Position numbers and translations under genes: made by a program. A DNA stretch of 64,000 bases, from contig CBFDEM010000062.1 in the NCBI GenBank assembly GCA_965603825.1, forward strand, positions 434,001 through 498,000, written 5' to 3'. Positions 11,725-24,355 of the stretch are shown piece after piece (positions within the stretch are counted from its first letter, which is position 1; every line of letters starts with the position of its first letter). The DNA is from Blepharisma stoltei ATCC 30299. Lineage: Eukaryota; Protista; Ciliophora. The notes under the pieces were generated by a model. That model was not told the DNA's origin. It searched no databases and was given only the letters and a program-made list of their open reading frames with translations.

Positions 11725-13257
11725 TTAGCCGCGGCCTTTTTTATTAGAACTAATTTTTTGCGTTTTTCTCTTTTTCTTCACTATAGCTTCCCATTCTTTT
11801 CGTTTCTGTATGGCTTCGTGTATCATTTTTCTGTATTCAGCTTCCGTTATCACATAATTTGGCTTAGGTCTTGGAGGCAAACTTGGCCCTTGAAGCTTTA
11901 CATTGTTAAGCACTGCTTGAGCTTCTAGTTTATACAGATTTTTTGTAAACTCTTGCTTTAATAATTTGCATTCTTCATTATATATTTTTAACCTTTCTCT
12001 ATACTCATTCATTCTCATCTTAAGTATGTTCATAATTTTGAAATCTTTTACTGAGTCTGGAACGGATGATCTCCCTTTAATTGCTTCAAAACTAATGCGC
12101 TTTTCAAGCTCTGATGGTGGAATTTTTCGCTTTTTTATTCTACTCTCAATATACATTTTGTATTCTACTTTATTTCAGAGCAATCTTTTAATTATTAATG
12201 CACTTTTCCTTTGAATAAAAATAGATCTCATGGTACGTTGTATAAAAATAACTTTATTAATAAAAGATTTCATCAGTTTTGCAATTTGCTCCTCAGCAAG
12301 AACTCTTTCGCATATATCTACAGTCATTTCTGCCCATTTGGTTCGAATTTTTTCTGTTCACTTTAGAAATATTGGTAAATGTTTTTTTAAAGTTTTAAAA
12401 GCTTTTGAGATCCTTATTTTCTCCAAAATTATTTTGAACTTCCCAATTGATCTGCAAAAATTCATAAGCCATACAAGCACCTTGCTCGATCTTCTATGTA
12501 AATCTTTTCTTTCGCTTATTTGGCGACGAATATTATTTGCAGACCAAAAAATAGTGTAAAGCACCGACCAAGCTTTAGCAATCGAGAGTATTTCATATTT
12601 TTTAAGCTTTATTTCATATCTCCTTTCCTTTGACTGCAATTTCAATAATTTTTCTAACTTATTCTTTGTATAAATCATTTGTTTTTTTTCCTTAATTTCG
12701 AGAATTTTTGCAGAATCAGATTTTGCTTTGTCTCTCAAATGTCTTATTCTTTCACTTGGGAGATGTTTTTTCATGTCTTTATTTTCGTTTAAAATTTCTT
12801 GGTTTTTATCTAAATCACTGAAATTCAATTTTGGAACTAATGTTTGAGTTAGATTATTGGAAAACCTGGCGATTGTGGAAAAATGAAAGGAAGGCCCATT
12901 AAATGTATTCAGGTCATAATGATAATGCCCAGGACCTAATTTGCTTGAAGCAATTGTTTTCATACTGTAAGTATTTGCGAAAAGTAATTGAACAGAGCTA
13001 GAACGAAATGAGTCTGTGGAGTCTTTTTTGCGATGAATTCTTATATTATCTTGACTCTCACTGATAGAGTTATCATTTCGAGATTTATATCTATTGTCCC
13101 TGTTTAATCTTTCTGTATTGGCAATGTAGGGTTTCAGCTTTATTAATTGCAATTTTTTTAGCTCCTTTAAAGGCGACGATCTATTTATATGGGAGTTTAT
13201 GGCTTCTTGGCACTCTGCAATAAAGTTTTCACTGCTTAGAGAATCACTTGGCATCAT
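11725..13257 (-). CDS. Basic uncharacterised protein with one PGP/SHIPPO-like motif and an IQ-like segment, 510 aa
   Basis: ORFs 12358..13257 and 11725..12156 are in one frame via two UGA. Motifs 'LGPGHY...GPSFHFS' and 'VIFIQRTMR'. Confidence 0.7.
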
Positions 13258-13423
13258 TTTATCAACTCAAAACTTTATTAATACTTAGTCAAAAATGGAA
13301 TAAATTAGTTATTTCGCCTAAGATAAAACAGAAAAAGAGTATAAGATTATTTATAAGAAATATAAGTAATTCAAAAGACTTTTATAAAAAACCAGAAATT
13401 TTGTGATAATTAATGTTGCCAAT

Positions 13424-16306
13424 TTAATTATTATTCAAAATTTTACCTTTGGGTGCTGGAATTTTTGAACGACCTTTAGGCTGAATTAAAAATGGAGCTT
13501 GCGACTCAGAAGTTGGCTTTTTAAATTCAAGAAGAGCTTGAAACTCAGAATTTTTGCATTCAGTTTGAGTTTGTGACTCTGAAGCAGGGTTTTTAAACTC
13601 AGAGCTGCTTTCTAAAATAGATGAGTTTAGCTTTTTCGCATTTGATTCATGCTTTATTATGAATTTAGGCTGAATCTCAAACTCTTGTTTTGCTTTTATT
13701 TCTACAACTTGATTATTGTCTAAATGTTCCTTCACTAGATTTTCTTTTCCTAATTTTGTAACCATTTTCCCTCTAGATTTATTTGCCTCCCGTATCTTCT
13801 TCACTTCTTCTTTAGCAATTTTATTAACAACCCTATACTTTGGCGTTTCAATTTCAGCTTGCTCCTTGATTTCTCTCTTATCTATTTTATTTACAATTTC
13901 TGCTATCTCAACTTTTAAATTTAATCTTCCACTTTCTTCATTTTTATTAGAATGCATTTTGGAATTATTTTCTATAATTTTGTTGAGCTCTCCATTTTCT
14001 CCTTTTTTAGTAACTTGTATTTTTGTTTTGAATTCTAGGGGTTTGCTTGAGTCTTCTTTAACTTTTTTGATTATATGAATTTTTGTTTTTGTTTCGAGCG
14101 GTTTCTTGAAAACCTGGCTATCTTCTTTTTTTGCTACTAGTGTTCGATTTTTATTTTCAACTGGCTTTTTGAATTCTTCTAGCTCTGCTTTTTTGCTTTT
14201 GATTTCTACTGCTCTCTTAAATTCTTTTTCTATCTCTGTTTTGCTGGATATTGATGGTTTATTTTTTGGCTCTAAAAGTTTCTTTCTATTAAAATCTGTT
14301 GAAGTTTTATTTACAATTTCAAGTTGCATCTTTGAGACCTCGAGTTCAGTTTTGCTAGACTGAGCTTTATGCTTCGTTATAATGCTTTCTTGCTTCTTTT
14401 TTTTTACTTCTGTTTCTGTTTTTATAGCTCCTGCTTTTGCTTTTGAAATATTCAAATCCTGAGATTTCTTAAGATTTATCAGTTCTTTTCTTAAATTCTC
14501 AACCTCTTCAATACTTGATTTGTCCTTTACTTTAATTTTATTCATCAAAGTACTCAATTTGGTGTCCCTTTCTTTAATTCCTTTCTCCAATTCATCAATC
14601 TCTTTCCCCATTTTTTCTAATTTCCCCACAAGCATAGCTTTCTCATCTCTTTCTTTTCCAAGTAATTTTAAAGTTTTTTCGAGCTCTTGGCTTGTTTTAT
14701 TTCTTTTAACTACCCAATCAAGATCAACAGACTTTAATCGAGAGCCAAGCTCAAGTGTACAGATTGCCTCATTGTAATTTTCTATTTCTGGGCTACAATT
14801 CATAATAGCATTCACGTCAGTTTCAGTTTCTCCTAGGGTTGGCTTTAGAACTTTTGTTAGCATAGAGTTTCGATAAGGAATGTGTGACTGCTTGCTTTCT
14901 AATGCACCAATTACATCAACTAATGCAGAGAGAGATTTATTTATTTGGACTGTTTCTTTTAATGTGTCTCCTTTAGTTTGACTTTTATTAAGCCTTTCAC
15001 TTCCTGCAAGATCGACAAACTGAATTGTTCCTTCGTAATTTCTGAATGAAATTATTAAGGTGAAAACCATGTGACTTCTTGATGAGTTCTCATTTGACTG
15101 TGTTGATTTAGTAATTCGTTTAGAAAAAGCTTCGTTTACTGTTCTAATCACTTCTGGCACCCAATTGCCTTCAAACTTCATGTCAGCTATATTTACATTT
15201 TCCATCCAATTTTTGATGTTAGGCTCTTGTCTGAGTAAATTCTTTATTTGCTCGTTATAGATTTCAATACATTGTATAGATACTTTGGTTTCTTCGCATT
15301 TCAGCAATTTACTGAGATGCGATAAAGATTCTGCTATTAATCCGCTCATTGTGTGCGTCTTGCCTGATCCAGTCTGTCCATACGCTAATATACAAGTCCT
15401 ACCACCCAGACTGACTTTTTCAATACTCGGCATAATTTCTTGAAACACTTCATTTGTGCTGGCGTTCTGTCCAAACACTTTTTCAAAAGAAAAAGTTTTC
15501 CGCTGATTTTTCAGTTTTTCAACTGTCGGATTTGTTTGGATTTCCCCAGAAAAACATGTCAAACTGCAAGGCTTTAACTTATTTTGTGCTGGTCTAATCC
15601 TAACTAGCACTTTAATTTGTGCCTTTTTCGGCTCAGGAAAGGACAAACTGGACTGCATACTTCTCGGAGTAAAAGCTGAAGAATGATTGAGGGATATAGA
15701 ATTTTCTTTTTGCTCTAGGAGTTTTTGGAGCTCGTCCCTTTGAAACAGAAGTTCTGAAACTTCTTTTTCAAGTGAGCTTACTTGATTCATGTCAGCTTGA
15801 GATCGTAAAGATTCTATTTCTTGACTTAGTTCATTGCATTGATCTTTAAGCCTTTGAATTTCAATTTCTGTTTGTATTTTGTATTCGGATAGCTCTTCTT
15901 GATATAATATAGAATTTTCCTCAGCTTGATAGAGCTTTTCTTCTAAATCTTGCTTTGAAAACTCCAATGCCCTTACTGTGTTTTCCCATTGATCATTTAA
16001 CTGTTCTAGAGCTCGTTTTTGTTCTTCACATTTTTTTAGAGTGCTTTTTAATTTTTCCAGTTCCCCTTGATATCACGCTAACTCTTTTTCATCTTTATCA
16101 TACTTTTGTTTTATATGACTTAAAGATTCCTTAAGTTCACCGATTTTCCTCAAGGCATTTTCAAGCTTTTCTTGCTTTTCTGTAATTTCAGCTTCAAGGG
16201 CCTCTTCGTATTCTTTAGCTTGCTCTTGAAATCTAATTAGGGGTTACTCTTGGTATTCTTGTCTTATAATTTGTATATCAGCTTCTTGTGTTTCTTGAAT
16301 TTCCAT
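13424..16306 (-). CDS. Kinesin (kinesin-14-like motor, centrally placed) with N-terminal NudE/NDE1-like coiled coil, 955 aa (one intron)
   Basis: Motor motifs IKVLVRIRP, AYGQTGSGKT, IEIYNE, NENSSRSH, DLAGSER, INKSLSAL, HIPYRNS. The frame extends to ATG 16306 through one UGA and intron 16233-16247. Confidence 0.88.
16233..16247 (-). other. 15-nt spliceosomal intron GTAACCCCTAATTAG (phase 2)
   Basis: GT-AG ends, A10, in-frame TAA if retained. Removal gives 'RQEYQEFQEQAKEYEE'. Confidence 0.88.
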
Positions 16307-16620
16307 GATTGTTCAAACGAAAGTATCTAATTATTTATATTTTTTAAATAAATAAGCCTTTTTAGTATTAAACAGATAATATGGATAGTGCTTTTGATTG
16401 CAGCACTTGGTATGCATAATGTGTAAACTCTTAAAATTATTGAATTCATTGATTAAGCAAATAAAAAAAAATTTTTGAACTGCTAAATAATGGTGATTAT
16501 TATTATTAATTGGTTACAAAAAATCAGTATTCAGAAAAGACGACAAAAATTTGCAAATGTTTGATTAATTTAAAATTTAGTTTATTTAGAACTAAAAAAT
16601 ATATATTTTATGTTATAAAA

Positions 16621-19600
16621 CTAATCATTGTCTTTTTCTTGCTCTTTTCGAATTTGTATTGAGAATTTCATGATTTTATCTGAAACTGAAGGCCAAAGAA
16701 CTTTTTTTAATATTTGAACTCCATAATCTAATGTAAAAACAAAGCCAATTGCAACTAAAATGCAAACATAGTAATATTGTGTGGTGAGCATCTGATAAAG
16801 CGTTTTTGCAGTTGGAAGAGTAGTAAATGGGTCATAAACTACAATAAAAATGAAATAGCAGAGTATGCTTGTCCCTAGAATTGCAATATAATGATAAATG
16901 GACCATAGTTTTGTGTGAAGACCAAGCTTAAAATTAACAACAAAAATAATGCAAGAAAAAGAAGTCACAGATAGACCCCACTGGCTATAATTATAGCCTC
17001 TGCTATTCATAATGCCTTCTTCACTTGCATATAGAGGGATAAAGAAAACAGCAACTGCGTGAATATAACCCATTAAATTTCATGTCCAAAAGTGGAAAGG
17101 AGTAAATATCCGATTATCTCTCCCAACTTCATATACTTTTGGAATGAGGTGTCTTAATAAATCTTTTTTAGTTTGAGCTGTTTGTCCCACTTCTGATCTT
17201 TTTGGGATTTCTATGTCTCTTTCGAAAAGAGCTCTCATTAGCAGAGGCAGCGCAGTAAAAATCAGATTATAAAACGTGATATATCAGTCATCATAAAATG
17301 CTTGTCCACTGTATGCACAATAAAACCCAAAGAAAAAGTGAGGCATAGTAAAGACTAAGTTTTTATAGAAAAAATACATAATCATCTCACTTTGCCTTAT
17401 ATAGTTAAATCTCCCATGGACAAGAAGCAACTCTCATAGAAATTTAAACTCCCCAATAGAATAATCGCTCGCCTGTACAGCTTGCATTCCTTCTTCTCCA
17501 TAAATTCCTACCCCTATGTGGGCTTCCAAAATCATTGAAACATCATTAGCACCATCTCCTACCGCAAGTGTTTTTATTCCAGTATTATCTTTCATAAGTT
17601 TCACGATTTCTCGTTTTTCTCCAGGTGTTACTCTACAGCAAATAACAGTTTTGCATACCAGTGCCATTTTTAAAAACAGCTGCTTTATTTCTCTGGCTTT
17701 TTGAAGCGTAACCTGGCTTTTTGAGAGCTCTGGGTATTTTGTTATTTTAATGGGATCCCCTTCATCGAATAACACCTTTTCTAACGCTCCACCTTCTATT
17801 AATAAAGCTGCGGGCTTGTCTTTTTTCTCACTTTCAAATCTGCTGTTTATATATCTCATGCATTCTAAGCAATCGTCTAAAGATAAATTTCCTGGACATC
17901 TTTCGACAATCATGTTCTCATCAACTAATGAGCAGGTTTTGCCAATATTTTCAGCAGTTTCTAGCTTATCACCAGTTAGCATTCAAACGTTGATTCCAGC
18001 TGAAAGAAGTGCTTGTATAGTTTGAGGGACATCATCTTGCAGAGAATCTTCAACAGCAGTGCAGCCTAATAAGAATAAATCTTGCTCAATTTCTTCTGCA
18101 AGCTTATCAATTCTTTCTTCTCTTCCTTCAATTGAAGTGCTTGCTTCATCAAATCGTCGCTTTCACTCTATATAGTTTGCTTCCTCTAATATTTTATACG
18201 TAAACATCAGTGTACGGTATCCTCTTTCTGAATATGTCTGTAAATCATTAGAAACCTTATCAAGATAAGCTTTAAGATTTTCCTGAGATAAACGCTTCTT
18301 TATCTCGCTATCTGCACCTTTTGTGTAAAGAATCATTTTATTGGTCTGCAAATCTTTAACTATAACCGAGTTTCTTTTTCTGTCAGAATTGAATTCCAGC
18401 GTAGCACATTTTTCAAACCGTAGTAAATCGCATTGATCTTCCATGCCAAAGTGAAGTCTCTTTATATCCATAATTCCTGCTTTTAGCTTATCATACTTGT
18501 AGCCTATATGTGCAGCGAAATCAACGAGTACGATTTCATCTGGACTTTGGCCTATATAATTGCTTTCTTTATTTTCATTTTCTTCAATTAAGCATTCGTG
18601 GCAAATCGACATACACTTGACAAATTGGTCAAGCAGCTCTTTCTGGCTATAAAGTCCTTCTTTTCCATAAGACATCTCCATAACCACCGGAGAGCTCAAT
18701 GGAGCGTCTCCATCCTTTCCATATAAATCATTCTCTATTTCTTCAACCTTAAATGTAAAAATAATTTCTTTGGTTTGTCTAGTCACTTTTGAGCTGTATT
18801 GTCGACTGATTAAGAATTGCTTCTCTCCATACATTTTATTCCCCACAGTGCACAGCTTGAATTGCATCCTGTTAGATGTCAAAGTGCCGGTTTTATCAGA
18901 AAAAATATGCTCAATCATTCCAAGCTCTTCATTTAACGAGAATGCAGATACGTGGCAGGGGCGGTCTCTGATAGTACTGTACATCTCCAGATCTTGCTGC
19001 ATAAAGAATCCTTGTGCAATTTTTATAATTTCCAAGGAGACAATTAATGAAATTGGAAGCATAGTATTTAAAAGTAAAAAGTAAGTAAAATAGTTCAAGA
19101 AGCCTTGAAGACCTGCGCTGTAGTCAGGATCTGACAAGTAGTAGTGGTCATCGTATTCTTGATAGCTCCACACTCCATATAAAATAGCCATAATAACACA
19201 AAATCCAGTCTGGGCTGCCAAAATGCCTACAATATATTGATTAGTCTTTCTTTCAATAAAGCTCTGCTTTGATTTTCTCGACATGAGGTTTTGCCTTAAT
19301 TTTGTCTCTTTTCCAGTGTAGACAGCTGCTCCAACTATCCATGCAGTGTTTCTCAGAAACGCTCCTGCTAGCAGTAAGTTGTTTTTGTCTAGAGGCTGCT
19401 TTTTATCATTGTACTCCAAAGACCCTGAAAAGTGGTAAAGCCTTGCATTGGGATGCTCACACTCAATAAGTGAAAAAATCCTAATTATATCGTCCTTTCT
19501 CGTGTCATTCATTGTAGCAATGACCGCTTGCCTCGGCTTTAAAGTTTTTTCTCCATCAAGGCTTGACGTTTCAATATAGGCGATTCCATTATCAGCCGAA

Positions 19601-20052
19601 GAAGAAAGCATTACTAGGTCGCATGGAAAAGCTTCATCTTTCTGCACTAAAACTACATTCCCCACTTGCACTTCTTTAAAGGTGGCTTCTTCAAATTTCC
19701 CATTCCGGTAAATCATAGTCTTAGCTGAGTTCGTTTCTTTGTCTGATTTATACCTCAAGTAGTCTTCAAACCCTTCTCTAATCATACTAACTGCCAAAAT
19801 AAAAACAACTGCTACCAAGCCTGATCAAGACCTTAAAGGAGTAATTTGAGGAATCGATTGAAGAATTACAATGATGAGGAAATACACATTTGGAAGTCTT
19901 TTATATTGTTCCAAAAGACTCAGTGGGAAAAAGGTCACTAGGTTGTATTTGGTCGTGCTTACATAGTTTGACTGGAAATCATGGATTTGGTTGAGTTCAA
20001 AACCATTGACATAAAGAATGCGCTTTGTATTTGAATCAGAAACTTCGGCCAT
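16621..20052 (-). CDS. P4-type ATPase (phospholipid flippase), 1143 aa
   Basis: TTKYNLVTFFP, LDGEKTLK, PISL, SDKTGTLT, NV(UGA=W)MLTGDKLETA, CCRVTP, GDGANDVSMI, FFYKN. All fragments are in one frame via UGA codons. Confidence 0.95.
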
Positions 20053-20117
20053 TTAAAACAAATATGAGAGCTTTCAAGCTAGTTAATATATTAAGGATTA
20101 ATTTTAATGAAATTGCC

Positions 20118-21110
20118 TTAAGCTTCTGAGACAATCCGAGATTTACTTATTTCAAATACTCGCACAGTGTCGTCTCCACTACATATAGCTGCCCTATTTG
20201 ATGTATTGGCAAAGTCAATTCCATAAACTGATTTAGTTAGGTTCGAAAGCACAGCAAATGGTCTCAGAGTTAATGAGTCATAAAAGTAAGCCTCGTTACT
20301 GCCTGATCCCCCCACAGCAAAAATAGCGCCACTATCAAACTTGCTGTATTGAGCAGCATAAAGCATGCAAGGCTTATTTTCGTTTCGAAGAGTAGATGTG
20401 AATACATTTTCTCCATTAGGAAGAGTCCAGATTTGGATTTGGTCATTATTTGTATAGCTTCCTGTTAATAGTTCATTTCCTTTCACATCAATAGCGTCTC
20501 CACATATATGAGGGCCATAAATACACTTTTGAACTCGACGGGTTCTGACATCCCATATCAAAACATTATTATCCCATCCACCACTGATAACAGTTTGGTC
20601 TCCAAACCATCTGACTTTAAATATCCTATTTCCGTGTCCAGATCTTTCTCCTTCGCCAGGCAGCATATCAGAAATAAGCGTTTTCGTTGACTCATCATAA
20701 ACTCGAACGTGCATATCTTCACATCCAACTGCGAAATATTTGCCTTCGGAGTCATAATTGACAGAAAGCACTTGGCTGTTTTCCACACCTATTGTATGCA
20801 GGATTTTTCCTGATGTAGAATGCCAATGGATTATATATCCTTCAGCTGTGGTTGCGACTAGAACATGCTTGGTTTTAGCTTGAGATATTAGGGGTCGGAA
20901 TTGAATTGATGTAACTGGTAAGGCATCTATTCCTATTCGACAATTTAAGGTTCTGATCCAGTTCCCGGTAGCTGCAGAATAAATTTTTATAGTTCCATTT
21001 GAGCCTGCTGTCGCAATTTGCGAATCATCCATGCTCCATTTCACAGCAAAGACATTTGCATCTAAATCAACTATTGTTCGTTCATGCTCTATTACACGCT
21101 CTTGATCCAT
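20118..21110 (-). CDS. WD40-repeat protein, 330 aa
   Basis: 'GHGNRIFKVRW...ISGGWDNNVLIWDVR...IYGPHICGDAID' and further WD repeats. Confidence 0.88.
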   Translation of the reverse strand: MDQERVIEHERTIVDLDANVFAVKWSMDDSQIATAGSNGTIKIYSAATGNWIRTLNCRIGIDALPVTSIQFRPLISQAKTKHVLVATTAEGYIIHWHSTSGKILHTIGVENSQVLSVNYDSEGKYFAVGCEDMHVRVYDESTKTLISDMLPGEGERSGHGNRIFKVRWFGDQTVISGGWDNNVLIWDVRTRRVQKCIYGPHICGDAIDVKGNELLTGSYTNNDQIQIWTLPNGENVFTSTLRNENKPCMLYAAQYSKFDSGAIFAVGGSGSNEAYFYDSLTLRPFAVLSNLTKSVYGIDFANTSNRAAICSGDDTVRVFEISKSRIVSEA

Positions 21111-21249
21111 TTATATAGGTGTTTTGAAACAAGATTAATTAAAAAGCTTAGATCAGACTGAATATAATTTTTATCTTGCAATTTAGCAGGCTCTAACTAA
21201 GTTGTAATTAAAAAGCAACTGATATATTAAGATTCTATTTTATCCTAGT

Positions 21250-23799
21250 TTATCTATTTCTCAAAAACTCCAAAAACGTTTCTGCATCCACTTTCTCAGC
21301 TTGCTCTTTTAAGTCCTTAACTATTGAGCCCCACTTCTCAAGATCTTCCATGTTATACTGACTTGCCATATGCTCTCTGCATGCCTTTTCATAAATCTGG
21401 CTCATCAAGTCGTTGCAAATATCCACTGTATTCATTTCAAGGTTATTTAATTTTTGCACAAGCTCCTCGTCTTCTTCATCGATCTCTAGTTCATCAGGGT
21501 TGTTTTTTGCCTGCTGGAAATATTTTCTGTGCATTTTTTCAATCTCATCTAAATTTAATTTGAATTTTTTCTCATACCTTAATAAAACTATATTTTGATC
21601 AAATTTGTCCTTGGCATATGTAACATCCAGGCTGGGAAATTTTTCTTTGACATCTTTAATATGTTCCTCCACGTCGTCACCTTCATAAATATATTGCTTT
21701 GTATAGGCCATATCACTTTTTGCAGCAATTTCTGCCAAGAATCCTTCGATTTCCATATAATTTTGTTTTATTTGTACTCTTATGTTCTTTGTGTTTGTAT
21801 CATGAACTACGTTTGTCTTGACCCATGCTTGGAATTTTTCTTCTTCATCAGAATCAGTGTGGATACTTAGTTGTTTGCATGTCTCCTTGTTGAATAAATT
21901 GGTTTCCTCTTTTCCAAACAAGTTGCGAGGCTGAGGGGCTTCTTCAGTAGTAGCTTTGTCACTGGTCAAGCTTCTTATAAAGCTCATCATTTCTTCTTTA
22001 ACTGCAGATCTGCCAGCGGAGTCTGATGAAATTTTAGGAGCAGGCATGTCTGAGTAGTTAAATGGTCTCTTATAGACATATCTGACTTCAGGATAATCGC
22101 TAAATCTTGCTTTTGTGAGGAGCTCAGGAGATAATTTCAGTTCACTTGGTATTGCTTCGTGGAAGAACTGCTCAATGTCCACCATTCTCGTTCCGAATTC
22201 TTCTTTTTCAGACAAATTTGCCCAGACAGATTTAGGAGGGATTTTTCTTGGGCTAAAGAAATCAGGGCTCGTCCTCATCATATTAATTTCATCAGTGGTT
22301 TTTGGCAAGCTGCGACTATCAATAAGGTATTTATCCATAAGCCTTTTAGTGTAAGGATGGTTTGGATCATTAAGCCTTCCTCTGTTCTCATCTTCAAAAT
22401 GTTCTGTCTCTTCAGGCAGTTTAAGGATTTCGTCATCAGAAGACGCCAGATCAGTTACAGGGCTGTTAAATTTCTTTTTTTCTTGTCTTTCATTAGCACC
22501 ATATGGGTAAATATGGTCAATTGCTTCTCTTATTTCATTTGAATCCTCATAGCTGTCTACAATTTTTTGTAAAACTGGGTCTCTTTCTTCATCACTTCCA
22601 TAATAGTGGGTCTGCTGAGCAAGTTTTTTATAAAAAATGTCCTTGAATGCTGTTTCATGGTGCTCTTGAGAAATATAGACTCTTTGATACTCTTTTCTAT
22701 CTGTGTCTTTCTTTTTAGCAAACTCTTGGAAAAATGCTTCTCCTACAAGCTTATCACAGTAAAAATAGCCAGGAACTCCTCTATCAAAAGCCACTTCTAG
22801 ATTGCGGCCTTCTGGTCTTCCCACAGCTCCAAAATAAATAGCTCTTTCTGCTTGCTTTCTGGTGGCGTATGTGATGTGCACATACCCTCTAGTAATAAAC
22901 CAATAATCAATAAATTGTTTAGAGTCCAGCTTCATCATCATTAATATGTCGAGCAATTCGTTTCTTAAACTAGCAGAAGCCTTTTTCCCCAACAAATTAT
23001 TGAATTTTTCTTCAATTTCTTTTTCCATACTTGAAGCGTTCGTGTGCAGGGAGTCTTTGACAGCTCGAACATAGTCCCAAAGGTCATACATGTCTTCAAA
23101 GACTGCTTTGACTTCTTCGCTTATATTTTCCTCACCTAGCCTGTACTGAAGGTTGGAAATTTCATCTTTAATATAAACCCTAACATCATTTAAAGTATGC
23201 CTTGAGGTATATCCACTGAAATCTGTTTCTTTTTCTGTCCTTAAATGGAATTTTTTCAATGATTCTGGGATATTAATTCCACCATCGATCATCATTGGTG
23301 GAGTATTGTAGTCTCTAGGTAAGTGCATCCCCATAATGTCGCCTACTTGAGAGAACATCTTATAAATTTCTTCTTCATTCATAAGAGGGTTTAAATGGTA
23401 TGCAATGACTTTTCGAGAGTCGAAGCCTCCTACAATTTCAGGGCTGGCTGCCACAAATTCTTCAATTGTCTAATTAGGAATTACTTGAAGGTAGATTTTT
23501 CTGCCGAGGAAGGGTCTTTTGTTCAAACTTAAAGCCTGCTCAAAGCGAACTGGGTCGTCAAATTTTACGACTGCGTATGCAGGCTCGCCTTTGATATTAG
23601 GAAAGATGGAAACATCGTTTGAATTGAAAAGGGCCGAAATGTGCGTAGATAATGATTGCTGGGAGTAGCCTTTAGGGAGATGCCTTACAACGACACCCTT
23701 TTTGTCTGCTTTTGGCTGAGGTATAGGTTCTTCAATGTCAGATGCCGAAGAATAGTCCCTGAAAAATCTGCGGCCCAAACATCTTGCATAGCGAAGCAT
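21250..23799 (-). CDS. Putative mitochondrion-targeted RRM RNA-binding protein, 844 aa (one intron)
   Basis: Arg-rich presequence MLRYARCLGRRFFRDYSS. RRM-like 'VVVRHLP...PAYAVVKF', 'VIAYHLN...FSQVGDI' and 'RGYVHITY'. Two ORFs joined by intron 23470-23484. Confidence 0.75.
23470..23484 (-). other. 15-nt spliceosomal intron GTAATTCCTAATTAG (phase 0)
   Basis: GT-AG ends, A10. Its TAG terminates ORF 23470..23799, and removal fuses it in frame to 21250..23454. Confidence 0.88.
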
Positions 23800-23833
23800 T
23801 TTTATTCAGGATTATAAAAAGTTAGGAATTACC

Positions 23834-24343
23834 TTATATACTAAAAGCAAGACATTGAAAAAGATGATTAATATTTTCTCCTGACTTAGAGCTCACTTCC
23901 ATAAAGAAAGCATTATATTGCTTCGCACGAATAGAGCCTTCTTCTCAAAATACCCTTTCTTGTGCTCCAGGATCACTTTTATTCCCAACAATAAACAGTT
24001 TATGCTGCATATTTCTATCAATTTGTTTCTCAATCCAAAAAATAGTATTCTCAAAGCTCTGGCGATTTTGTATATCATAAATAACGACAATAATTTCTGA
24101 GTTACTCATATAATTTTTAATCTGATTAATAAATCTTGGAGATCCAGAAGAGTCTCATATTTGCAAATGGACAATTTCTTCGTTTCTTTCTATTCCTAAA
24201 GAATAAAAATCAAGCCCATATGTAGGGACATAAGGTTCAGAAAAGGTCCGCTGCTTGTATCTATGGATAATGCTAGTTTTTCCTACTTGGCAATCTCCTA
24301 TAAATATGATCCGCTTAAGAGCAGGGTGTTCCATTTTATTCAT
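23834..24343 (-). CDS. Divergent Rab-like small GTPase lacking a C-terminal prenylation tail, 169 aa
   Basis: G1 GDCQVGKTS, G2 PTYG, G3 I(UGA=W)DSSGS, G4 GNKSD, G5 EVSSK. Ends 'HLFQCLAFSI*' (TAA 23834-23836). The alternative start is ATG 24334. Confidence 0.85.
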
Positions 24344-24355
24344 TCATTAATTTAA

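Noticed and set aside
23821-23832. GTAATTCCTAAC just after the Rab-like stop, similar to the intron at 23470-23484
   Set aside because: No AG at position 15-16, so it is not a canonical tiny intron; likely coincidence.
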